NCBI RefSeq assembly: GCF_004010195.1
Contig: NC_057728.1
Coordinates: 50,984,048-51,048,047, forward strand
Direction of reading: 5' to 3'
DNA from: Chiloscyllium plagiosum
Lineage: Eukaryota
DNA length: 64,000 nucleotides
Part shown: positions 37,175 to 48,290 of the stretch, piece by piece
Numbering within the stretch: the first letter of the stretch is position 1
Layout: every line of letters starts with the position of its first letter
Made by a program: the position numbers and the translations under genes
Notes under the pieces: model-generated
The model's database searches: none
Seen by the model: only the letters and a program-made list of their open reading frames with translations
What the model was told of the DNA's origin: nothing

Positions 37175-37381
37175 TAGGTCGTTCTGCAATAACACCCCTT
37201 TTGTTCGCGTGAATTTGCTATAACACAGTTGACGAATTGGGGACATTGTTTCTAAAGCTCCAAGTTTTGGTTATAACACAGTCATGGCCCCATTAGTTTA
37301 AATAGTGCTACTACTACACGATTTTCTTATAACATAGGATTGCACCAGAATGGAACTACTGTATTATCCCAGAACTGATCG
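37175..37381. mobile_element. MER6-like MITE inserted in a CR1 3' fragment (about 36840-37560)
   Basis: Starts after TA with AGGTCGTTCTGCAATAAC and ends with CAGAACTGAT; interrupts the LINE at GAATAT|TTTAAGGCAGA. Confidence 0.65.
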
Positions 37382-37699
37382 GATTTTAAGGCAGAAGTGG
37401 TTAGATTCTTGATAAGCAAGGGGGTGAAAGGATCTCAGGGAATAGGGGGAAATGTGAATTTGAGATTAGAATCAGATCGGCCATCATCTTATTGAATGGC
37501 AGGGCAGACTCGAGGGGCTGAATGGCCTCCTGCTGCTCCTAAAGTATATGCTCATATATAATTGCAACTGCTTTTGTTGAAATCCATCATTTAATCAGCC
37601 TTCATATTCCTGAGAATGATTTGCAAGTGCAGACTGTATGTGTTTTAAGGATATTTTTGAAACAGGGAGCTTAGATTTAGTGGCTGTAGATTCTTTGGT

Positions 37700-39335
37700 G
37701 ATAGGAAAATATCATGCAGTTGTGCATGAAAACAACTCTGGGGGAGGTATTGGGTGTATTAGAATATCTGAAGGTGGATAAATCTCCGGATCCTGACCAG
37801 ATATATCCAAGAACCCTGCAAGAGGCTGGATAGGAAATTGCGGGGGCCCTGGCTGATATTTTTGAATCATCATTAGCCACGGGTGAGGTCCCGGAAGACT
37901 GGAGGGTAGCAAATATTGTGACCCTTATTCAAGAAGGGCTGCAAAGAAAAACCTGGGACCTACAGATCAGTAAGCTTAACATCTGTGGTAGGTCAGTTAC
38001 TTATGAAATTTCTGAGGGATAAGATGTACATACATTTGGAAAGACAGGGTTGACTAGGAATAGTCTGAATGGCACTGTGCGTGGGGGATCATGCCTCAGA
38101 AATTTGTTAGAGTTTTTGGATGAAGTGACCAGGAAGGTTGATGAGGGCAGGGTGGTAGATGTACTCTATATGGATTTCAGAATGCCCTTTGATAAAGTTC
38201 CACATGATAGGCTGCTCTGGAAAGTTAGATCACACGGTGAGCTGGCACATTGGATACACAGTTGGCTTGATGGCAGTAAACAGAGGGTAATAGTGGAAGG
38301 ATGCTTGTCAGACTGGAGGCCTGTGACTAGTAGAGTGCCTCAGGGGTCAGTGCTGGCCCCATTACTGTTTGTTATCTATATCAATGATTTGGATGAGAAT
38401 GTACAAGGCATGATTAGTAAGTTTGTAGATGATGCTGGTGTTGTGGACAGTGAGGACAGTTCAGAAATTGCAGCAGGACCTTGATCAGCTGGGGAAGTAG
38501 ACCGAGAAATGGCAAATGGAGTTTAATATGGATAATTGTGAGGGTCTTGCATTTTGGAATGTCAAATCAAGGTAGGAGTTTCATGGTGAATGTTAGGACC
38601 TTAGGGATTGTAGGGGAACAGAGGGACCTTGGAGTTCAGGTGTACGGTTCTCTGAAAGTGGAGTCCCAGGTAGACAGGGCAGTGAAGGTGGCTTTTGGCA
38701 CACTGGCCTTCATTGGTCAGGGCACTGAGTATAGAAGCTGGGAAGTTATGCTGCGGTTGTTCAGGACATTAGTGAGGCTGCACTTGGAGTATTGTGTTCA
38801 GTTTCGGTCACCTTGCTACAGGAAGGATGTTATTAAACTGGAGAGCGTGCAGAAGAAAGTTACAAGGATGTTGCCAGGACTCAAGGGTTTGAATTATAGG
38901 GAGAGGTTGGACAAGCTAGAACTTTATTGTTTAGAGTAGAGGAAAGTGAAGGAGGATCTTACAGAAGCGCATAAGATCATGGGAAGCAGGGATAGGGTGA
39001 ATGCACTCAGTCTTTTTCCCAGGGTTGGGGAATTGAGGAGTAGGGGGCATCAGTTTAAGGTTAGAGGGTAAAGAATAGAGGGAACCTGAGGGGCACCTTT
39101 TTTACACAGAGGGTGGTATGCATTTGGAATTAGCTGCCAGCGGAAGTGGTTGAGGCAGGTACATTAAAAATATTTAAAAGGCATTTGGACAAAATACATG
39201 AATAGGAAAGGATTAGAATGATATGGGCCAAGTGCAGGAAAATGGGGTTAGTGTGGATGGACATTTTGGTTGGCACGGACCAGTTTGGGCCGAAGGGCCT
39301 GTCTCTGTGCTGTAGGAGTCTGTGACTATATGATA
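37700..39335 (+). mobile_element. HER1/CR1 LINE, 5'-truncated, about 1.6 kb, with degenerate RT
   Basis: KSPDPDQIYPR, LYMDFRMPFDKVPH, VPQGSVLAP, FVDD and LVRLHLEYCVQF motifs with frameshifts. Confidence 0.9.
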
Positions 39336-40057
39336 TAAACATAGAAACTAAAACAAAGATTGCCATTTTGGGTGTAATGAAGAGAGCACGGAAATGAAGA
39401 ACCTCTGGGCCAGACAGCTCACGGGTTAGCTCTCCAGGCGACCAAGATAACTACTCAAGAACTGCTTATTTCTTTCAACTGCTTCTTTCATGTGGTAGTT
39501 GCAGGAGTACTGAGTAATTAATGAGGAAAGTCTTCTAATATTTCCCTCGTGGGACTGACCACAACCACAGCTCCATCCAAGAATTGAATAGTTTTTTAAT
39601 TGGTTCCTGGACTGGAGTCTCTGTGAGTGTGCTTGGACTCCTGCGTCCTTCTGGTATTTATTCTGTTTCAGTTAGGCTCTGCTGCACAGTGTTTGAATTC
39701 GTGATTCTTGTGAAGTCCCTTCACCCCTTTACTATTTTGAAATCTGTTATATATTCCTGTGAGGAGAAAGGAGGTTGCACGTAAAATTTGATTTAAGGAA
39801 CATCTGTCTGTGGAGGTTAACCTTGCACATTGATCCTTTTGAGCAATTTGACCTTGAACATGTTGCCTGAGTGTGTGGGATTCCTGGCTCATTGAGGTTG
39901 AAGGGAAACAGCCTAGATTTCATACAGCCCACACATCCAGTCTCGAGTGCTCACGCATCATCTACCAGAGGACCCCATACAGAATAAAGGCAGACTCTCC
40001 AGTCACTGTGTTTAACCATTAAACAGCAGAACTCATCTCATTACATGAAATCTTCAG

Positions 40058-40300
40058 GACCCATCTTTCAATTATTATCATGTAGAAGTTTTTATTGTCA
40101 GGGGTATCTTCTCAGCGGATCATGTTTGCTGTAGTCAGCATTACCCATGTAAATGCAGGAAGAATAGTGATGTTAGTCTAACGCAGGCAAAACAGTTCTT
40201 ACCTGGTAGCCGCTGGAGATTTCCTGAACATCTACAATCGATTAGCCGCAACCTGCTGAAAAATTACATACCAGAATCTTTTGAAGTGCTTTCTGTCTAA
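40058..40300 (+). CDS. Putative terminal coding exon D (DPSFNYYHVEVFIVRGIFSADHVCCSQHYPCKCRKNSDVSLTQAKQFLPGSRWRFPEHLQSISRNLLKNYIPESFEVLSV*)
   Basis: Acceptor aaatcttcag in phase 0, matching exon C; 80 open codons to TAA; an in-frame stop lies just upstream (40046); unique, non-repeat sequence. Confidence 0.45.
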   Translation, partial: DPSFNYYHVEVFIVRGIFSADHVCCSQHYPCKCRKNSDVSLTQAKQFLPGSRWRFPEHLQSISRNLLKNYIPESFEVLSV

Positions 40301-40350
40301 ATACTTTAGTGTCACTGGCCACGTTTGATCTCAGGCCAAACTCCCCACTC

Positions 40351-40770
40351 TCCTTTCGTTCCTCAGAGGATAGTGAATCTGTGGAATTCATCACTACATA
40401 AGGTTGTCAAGGCTGGGTCGTTAAGCGTATTCAAGGCTGAGCGAGTCAGATTATTAATCAGTAAGGGAATCGAGCGTTACGGGGATAAGGCAGAAAAGTG
40501 GAGTTGGGGATTATCAGATCTGTCATTGGGTAGCAGAGGAGACTCGATGGGCCAAATGGCTCCTTTCGTTCCTCAGAGGATAGTGAATCTGTGGAATTCA
40601 TCACTACATAAGGTTGTCAAGGCTGGGTCGTTAAGCGTATTCAAGGCTGAGCGAGTCAGATTATTAATCGGTAAGGGAATCGAGCGTTATGGGGATAAGG
40701 CAGAAAAGTGGAGTTGGGGATTATCAGATCTGTCATTGGGTAGCAGAAGAGACTCGATGGGCCAAATGGC
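40351..40770 (+). repeat. 210-bp tandem duplication of a CR1 3' fragment
   Basis: 40351-40560 and 40561-40770 are identical apart from 3 substitutions that I could see. Confidence 0.95.
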
Positions 40771-40964
40771 CCAACTCTGCTCCTATCCCTGATGGTCTTT
40801 TGGTGGTTGGGAGGGATCAACATATTTTTGAGGCTTCAGTAACACTTTGCTCCCATGGGAGAATAATCCTACTCAGAATTGGGCCATTCAGCCCATCAAA
40901 TATTTTGCCAGTTCTTTGCTAGACAAATCAGTCATTCAGTATTTTGCCCTGTGCTCTCATGCAG

Positions 40965-41026
40965 TCCTGTATCTTCGAACATTTATCAAAACAGATGATG
41001 TGTATCCAGGGATGATCTGTGGTCAG
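40965..41026 (+). CDS. Candidate exon (xLYLRTFIKTDDVYPGMICGQ, phase 1 to 0), splicing to ED* at 41139
   Basis: Acceptor ttttgccctgtgctctcatgcag, donor CAG|gtaatg, and a 112-nt intron ending tgcttctgttttcgcag. Confidence 0.3.
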
Positions 41027-41664
41027 GTAATGACCTGAGCAAGAATACCCAAGAGGATTGTTTAAAGGGCAGAAGGTTTAACTGCTCTTGTCAGTGGAAG
41101 TGGTTTACCCTCCATTACATGTGCTTCTGTTTTCGCAGGAGGACTAATGGTTATTTCTCCTCTTTTTAATAGGCCCACTGATAATGGAGCTGAACAGTCT
41201 CCTTCCAAACATTGCTCTCATACTTTGGCAATTTGTAACTGGTTGACTCATTGCTAAATATTTGTGTTTTAACTGGTCTATTTTCCCAGAATGCTGCCCA
41301 GCTGGGTCTGGGACCTCCTCGCAGATTATGTTACTACCTACCTTTACATTGTCAAAAGACTTGGAATACTGGAGTACTGCGGGAGAGGGGGGAAGCAAAA
41401 GACAAATTTTGTCAAAGCTTCTCATCTTGCATCCATGAGGACAATTTGCAAGAGTGCCAATGTAAGGGGAAGTCAAAAATTTTCTACAGGTATTTTTTTC
41501 AGCAATATGACCATCCAGCAACTATTTCTAAACGTTACATGTGATTCCTTCAACAAAGTCATAAATTGGATTTAGTGAAGGCTCAAACTTTTTACTTTCT
41601 GGCACCTTACTGACTCATCCTTGGCTTCCCAGAAACTGGCTTGTTTTATGCACCAAGTGTAGGC

Positions 41665-42330
41665 CCTTGGATCGTGTTGTAGAACAGAGAGACCTAGTGG
41701 TTCAGGTACATAATCTTTGAAGTTTGACACATGTAGACAGAGTGTTTAAAAAGCCATATAGCACACTTGCCTTCATTGCTTGGACCTTGGAATATATTGA
41801 GTTGGAATGTTGTGTTGAGGTTGAGGCCTCTTCTGGAATAATCTGTCCTGTTCTGGTCACCCTGTTATAGGAAGGGTATTATTAAGCTGGAGACAGTTTG
41901 ACAGAGATTTACAAGGATGTTGCTGGGAATGGTGGGTTTAAGTTATAGGGAGAGGCTGGATAGGCTGGGACTTTTCTCATTGGAATGTAGGAGATTGAGG
42001 GGTGACCTTATAGAGGCTTTTTAAATCGTGAGGGGTATAAATAAGGTAAATGGCTGGGGGCATATTTTAAAGGTGAGAGGAGAAAGATTTAAAAAAGACA
42101 TGAGAGGCAATTGTTTTACACAGAATGGTTCATGTGTGGAATGAACTTCCAGAAGAAGTGATGGATGCAGGTGCAGTTACAACGTTTAAAAGGCATTTGG
42201 TTAAGTATATGAATAAGAAATGTTTGGAGGGACAGAGGCCAAGCCCAGGCAAGTGGGACAGGTTTAGTTTGGGAATATGATAGGCATGGACTGGTTGGTC
42301 TTAAGGGTCTGTTTCAGTGCTTTATGACTC
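41665..42330 (+). mobile_element. HER1/CR1 LINE 3' fragment
   Basis: Degenerate EQRDLVVQVH..RFTRML..LRGDLIE..WNELPEEV and tail. Confidence 0.85.
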
Positions 42331-42984
42331 TTAACATGGTTGCTAATCTTGCAAGGCACTTTTTCAAATGTCTTGCAAAACTCCAAACACGTTACATCTA
42401 CTGATTTTCTCATTTAGTTACACCCACAAGGCTCCATTGGGTTTATCCCTTTTCGTAACTCCATTTCATCTTTACTTAATCATATGATGATTTTCTGTAT
42501 GCCCTGTCAAGAGCAATAAATTCCTATATTCTCTAGACAACTGATATCAAGTTAACTGGCCTTTAGTTCTCAGTTTTCTCTCCATTCTTTTTAACAGTGA
42601 TTTTGTCAATTATTTTAACTTTCATACTGGGACCACAGGCAGTGTAGTAATTGCAATACAACTGTCCCATATTGATGCAAAACATCTGTGAAATTCCAGA
42701 CAATCCTTAAATACCACTTCTGCCTGTTATTGAAATATGAATTCTCTTTAATGGAATTATACAGAAGGTAGCAAGAGTAAAGGATAATTCAGTTATTCCC
42801 CCTGTGGGAATGGAAACACGATACAACAGAATTAAACCATTTGTCTGGACTCGGGAACAAGTACAGGCAACTTTAGAGGATTGTTAGATAGTTCTCAAGT
42901 GGTGAGAAAATAGCCCAAGTTATCAAAGTCGCAATGGGAGCTGCATGTATCATGTGCCCAACCCCCCCACTTCACTTTCTGCAT

Positions 42985-44468
42985 TCATAGAGTCATAAAA
43001 TTATACAGCAAGGAAACAGACTCTATGGTCCAACTCGTCCATGCAGACCAGATATCTTGAATTAATGTAGTCCCATTTGCCAGCATTTGGCCCATATCTT
43101 CCTAACCCCTTCCATATCCTTCTATACCCATCCAGATGTCTTTTAAATGTTGTAATTGTACCAGCCTCCTCCACTTCCTCTGGCAACTCATTCCATGCAC
43201 GTACCACCCTCTGTGTGAAAAAGTTGCCCCCTAGTTCCCTTTTAAATCTTTCCCCTCTCACCTTAAACCTATGCCCTCTAGTTCTGGACTCCCCCACCCC
43301 AAGAAAAATACCTTGTCTATTTATCTTATCCATGCCCCTCATGATTTAATAAATCTCTGTAAGGTCACCCCTCAGCCTCCGATGCTCCAGGGAAAACAAC
43401 CCCAGCCTATTCAACCTCTCCCTGTAGCTCAAACACTCCAACCCTGGCAACATCCTTGTAAGTCTTTTCCGAACCCTTTCAAGTTTCACAACATCCTTCC
43501 TAGAGTAAGGAGATCAGAATTCAGTAGCGTATTCCAAAAATGGCCTAACTACTGTTCTGTACAGTTGCAAAATGACATCCCGGCTCCTATACTCAATACA
43601 CTGACCAATAAAGGAAAGCATACCAAGCACCTTCTTCACTATCCTATCTCCCTGTGACTCAACTTTCAAGGAACTGTGAACCTGCACTCCAAGGTCTCTT
43701 TGTTCAGCAACACTCCCCTGGATCTTACCATTAAGTGTGTAAGTCTTGCCCTGATTTGCTTTTCCAAAATGCAGCACCTCACATTTATCTAAATTAAGCT
43801 TCATCTGCTACACCTCAGCCCATTGGCCCATCTGATCAAGGTCACATTTTACTCTGAGATAACTTTGTTCACCATTCACTACACCATCAATTTTGGAATC
43901 ATCTGCAAACTTACTAACCATTCCTCCTATATTCAAATCCAAATCATTTATATAAATGACAAAAAGCAGTGGACCCAGTACCAATCTTTGTGGTCACAGG
44001 CCTCCAGTCCGCTAAACAAGTCTCCACCATCACCCAGGACGTGATCAGGTGTATCCTAGACCTTTGTGAGAACCTAGGGAAGTGATTGCTGGCCCCTTGC
44101 TGAGATATTTGTATCATTGACAGCCATGATTGAGGCGCTGAAGCACTGGAGGGTGGCTCATGTGGTGACACTGTTTAAGATAGGTTGTAAGGAAAAGCCA
44201 GGGAACTATAGTCTGGTGAGCCTGACCTCAGTGGTGGGCAAGTTGTTGGAGGGGTTTCTGTGGGACAGGATTTACATGTATTTGGAAAGGCAAGGACTGA
44301 TTAGGGATCATCAACATGGTTTTGTGTGTGGGAAATCATGTATCGCTAATTTGATTGAGTTTTTTAAAGAAGTGACCACGAAGATTGATGAAGAATGTCA
44401 TGGACTGCAAAGCATTTGACTAGGTTCTGCATGATAGACTGGTCAGTAAGGTTAGCTTACATGGTATG
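42985..44468 (-). mobile_element. HER1 LINE with an inverted 5' segment (44035-44468 on +)
   Basis: The minus-strand 3' portion runs from VMVETCLADWRPVT to the tail and abuts the plus-strand upstream portion DQVYPR..KEKPGNY..QHGF..RLVSKVSLHG. Confidence 0.85.
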
Positions 44469-46479
44469 ATAATACAGCATAGAATCAAACTGCACAGAAG
44501 GATGTCATTCAGCCCATTGTGCTTATGATAATCCTTTAACAGGGCATGAAGTCCTTCGCCTACTCAACAGGGACCTCTCCTGCCAAATACTCACCTGTGA
44601 CCAGACTCTCTTGGGGATCCGCAATATTCTGTCAGCTCTGGTTAGTCAGTGACTCTTGGGAGGTGGGTTTTCCATACCCTGGCTCCTTGATCATGAAGAA
44701 GGCATCTGGCCCACTATGTGCTGCTTTGGGCCTTCCTAAAAGGACAAGACGTGCAGCTTTCTCAGCTCACGTCCTGGCATCTGAGACCCTATGTTGCCTC
44801 CGTTAAATACCATAGTGTGTGTGTTTGTGTCTGCGTATCTGTACGCACGTTTGTAGGTGTATTTTATTCAATTTATTTCTCCATGAAAGAGAATCTCTCG
44901 CAGGGTCAGGATTTATTAATTGCCCTGAACTGAACAGCTTGATCGGGCCATTTCAGAGGGCAGTTCAGTGAGTCTGAAGTCACGTGTATTTAGGGATGGA
45001 CAGCAATTTCCATCCCTAAATGACATTCATGAATTAGAACAACTTTTCCAGCAATCAGTGAAAATTTCATGGTCACCATTACTGAGACCAGTTTTTTATT
45101 CCTGATTTTATTTAATTGAATTTAAATTCCATCATCTCTCGCTCTGAGATATTTGTGTAAAATGATTTTGTGATCGTGTATATGAGAGAGAGAGACCTTG
45201 GCGTTTATACAACAGTGAAGTACCTTAGATACTTTGGCAGACTGTTGATGGATGCATGAACTGGCAATTTAAACATTCTCGCTTAGTATTTGAATGCAGT
45301 TAGTTTACTCTCCAAAAAAAAACTAACATTCAGAAAATTAAACTGGGAGGCAGGGATGTGTTCATGGGAACAATGTTCAGTAGGGCTGGCAGATACTCCA
45401 AGCCAGATGTGAGGCATGGGATGTATTAATGTATAGAGTATTGTTTTACCCTTCCCTGGAGGGGATGGTGAAGATTAAGAGCTATTGGAGAGTGAAGGGC
45501 CTCACTAGGAGCACCTGTTATTTAATTACAGAGGATTGTGAAGAATTATTCAGATGACATGGCGTATTTCCTGCAATGCTAAGCACTTGAGCAATGGGGG
45601 GCTCAGAATTCTTTCACCGGGTTTCAATGGCACTTGTGCAGACTTCAGATCTCTTTCCACAGAGCAGCTGGTGTGAAGAAAAATGCACATTGATCGTAAC
45701 CCATTAATAATTGTGTTTCTTACAAACGGCTGGAACTTTGTCACCGAAAATCCACAACCGTAGTCTCTCGCAGCCCAAGTCAAAAGTCTACCTGTTGCTT
45801 TCTGACTCATTTTTCACTTTGACAAATACTTAGAACTTCGGATCTCAGGGAAAGTCAGATTTGATATATGCTGAAGTTTCCTGTAAGTATCGGGATGGTC
45901 AATTGTTTAGATCCATGATAATACGAAGATGGCTGCAGTAGGTGTTAGAGCAGGAATATGCTGGAGTGGACACCTCCAGGTCCGACAGGGCACTTTTGAA
46001 ACAAATTGACACATTCGTCCTTAGCCAGAGAGAGAGAGAGAGGGATGGAGATGGTCACAAGAGGACAGAGTTTGTGGCGTGGAATGACTATAATAGAGTC
46101 AGTCTATCCTTTGTTTAATTGGAGAGAGTTTCTGCTTATCCAACACGGGATATTGGATGAGACAGCTAAACAGTTTGGGGGAAGTGGAGTCATCAAGAGG
46201 TGGTGGTGGTCAGTTAGACCTGGGTGTCAACAAAGTACATGTTCTAACTATTTTGTAGATCAGGAGCAGTGTGTAGATGGGATGTAGGATGGGGCCAGGG
46301 ATCAATCTTTGAGGGACATCGGTAACATTGCAGGAGCGGGAAGCAAAACTGAATTGATAAAAATGGAACCCAATCAGTACAGTCCCATCCAGCTGGTCAA
46401 CTGACTGTGGCTGACAAAGATAGTCCATTCAAATCTGCAGTTTCCAGAATGACTGAAGGAATTGGGTTTAAACTGAAAC

Positions 46480-46770
46480 AGAATCCCTACAGTGTGGAAG
46501 CAGGCCATTCAGCCCATTGAGTCCACACTGCCGAGCATCCCACCCAGACCAACCCCTGTAATCCTGCTTTTCCCAAGGCTAATCCCCCTGCATGCTACAG
46601 AGAAACATAGCATGGCCATTTATCCACCTAACCTGCACGTCTTTGGATTGTGGGAGGAGACCCACACAGGGAGAATGTGCAAACTCCACACATACAGTCC
46701 CGAGGCTGGAATCGAACCTGGGTCCCTGGTGCTTTGAGGCAGCAGTGCTAACCACTGAGCCACCATGCTG
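46480..46770 (-). mobile_element. HE1-type SINE
   Basis: Reverse complement of the HE1 motifs. Confidence 0.85.
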
Positions 46771-46774
46771 CAAA

Positions 46775-47590
46775 TGGAATACTGACCTTTATTTCAAAGG
46801 GAATGCAGTACAAAAGTGGGGAGGTTTTGTTCAAAGTATAGAAGACACTCATCAGCCCCCACCTGGAATACTATGAACCGTTTGGTTCCCTGAACTAAAG
46901 CAAGATATACTGGCATGGGAGGCAGTCCAGAGAAGGTTCACTCTGTTGGTCTGGAATATGGGGGGGGTGATTTTCTTATAAGGAGAGGTTGAGTAAGTTG
47001 TGCTTGTACTCATTGGAGTTTAGGAAAATGAGGGACAACCTTTTTGAAACATATAAGATTCCTCAGGGCTTGACACAGTAGATATAGAAAGGCTGGTTCC
47101 CCTTGTGGAAGGACTTAAGATCAAAAGGCATCATGTCAGAAGAACACGTAATCCATTTAAGACCGAGATGAGGAGAATTTTCCTCACTGAGGGTAGTGAA
47201 TCTGTGGAATTCTTTGCTGCAGAGGACTGTCGTAAGTATATTCAAAGCTGAGATAGATTTTTAATCATGTATGGGAATCAAGAGTTATGGGGAGAAGGCA
47301 GGAAAATAGAGTTGAGGATTATCAAATAGCAATGATCTCAATGAATGATGGAGTAAACTCGATGGGCTGAATGGCCTATTCCTGCTTCCCTGTTATCGGG
47401 TTAGCTTAGAGGGTTGTAAAGTCTGGGTCATTAAGTATATTCAAGGCTGAGCTAGACAGATTTTTAAGTAATGAAGAAATCCTAGGCTGTGGGAAAAAGG
47501 CAGGAAAGTGAATTTGAGGATTACCAGATCAGTAACAATCTCATTAGTGGTGAAGATTTAATGGACTGAATGGCCTATTCCAATCCGATA
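46775..47590 (+). mobile_element. CR1 LINE 3' fragment followed by a second 3' end
   Basis: EAVQRRFT..RVVNLWNSL, then two successive GAATGGCCTATTCC tails (about 47370 and 47570). Confidence 0.7.
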
Positions 47591-47879
47591 TCATGGATTT
47601 AGAGGGTTATATTAGGGAGAGCTCGATGAGAGAGGGATATATTAATAGAGAAGGAGAAATCGGAGGAGATGTTGGAGAGACACAGACTCAGAGTGAGACC
47701 CAAAGCAACATATTCAAGATGCCAGTGGGAAAAGCCACCTGACAACATGTGAACAGTCTGAACCATTTTGATGGGGGCAGCGCTGCTGGAGTTTACTTTT
47801 TGATGTGCTGGGGGCAGAGCTTCTGGAGTTTTCTTTTTGCACAAAAGCAAAGCTATTGAGGGGACTTTTCTGTGTTAAA

Positions 47880-48290
47880 GAGTCATAGAGATGTACAGCA
47901 CGGAAACAGACCCTTCGGTCCAACCTGTCCATGCTGACCAGAGATCCTAAATTAACCTAGTCCCATTTGCCAGCACTTAGCCCATGTCCCTCTAAACCTT
48001 TCCTATTCATATACTCATCCAGCTGCCTTTTAAATGTTGTAATTGTACCAGCCTCCACCACTTCTGCTGGCAGCTCATTCCATACACGTACCACCCTTTG
48101 CACCCTTTTAGACTGCATTCCCGTAGTTCCTTTTTAAATCTTTCCCCTCTCACCTTAAACCTATACCCTCTAGTTCTGGACTCCCCCACCCCAGTGAAAA
48201 GACCTTGTCTGTTTAACTTATCCATGTCCCTCATGATTTTATAAACCTTGATAAGGTCACCCCTCAGTCTCCGATGCTCCAGGGAAAACA
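47880..48290 (-). mobile_element. HER1 LINE 3' fragment
   Basis: Reverse complement of the ORF2 C-terminus and tail. Confidence 0.85.

Noticed and set aside
40203..40252. Minus-strand exon-like segment (tttttcagcag ... CAG|gtaaga) antisense to exon D
   Set aside because: No partner exons found, and it overlaps a longer + strand open frame; may be chance, though stranded RNA-seq could revive it.
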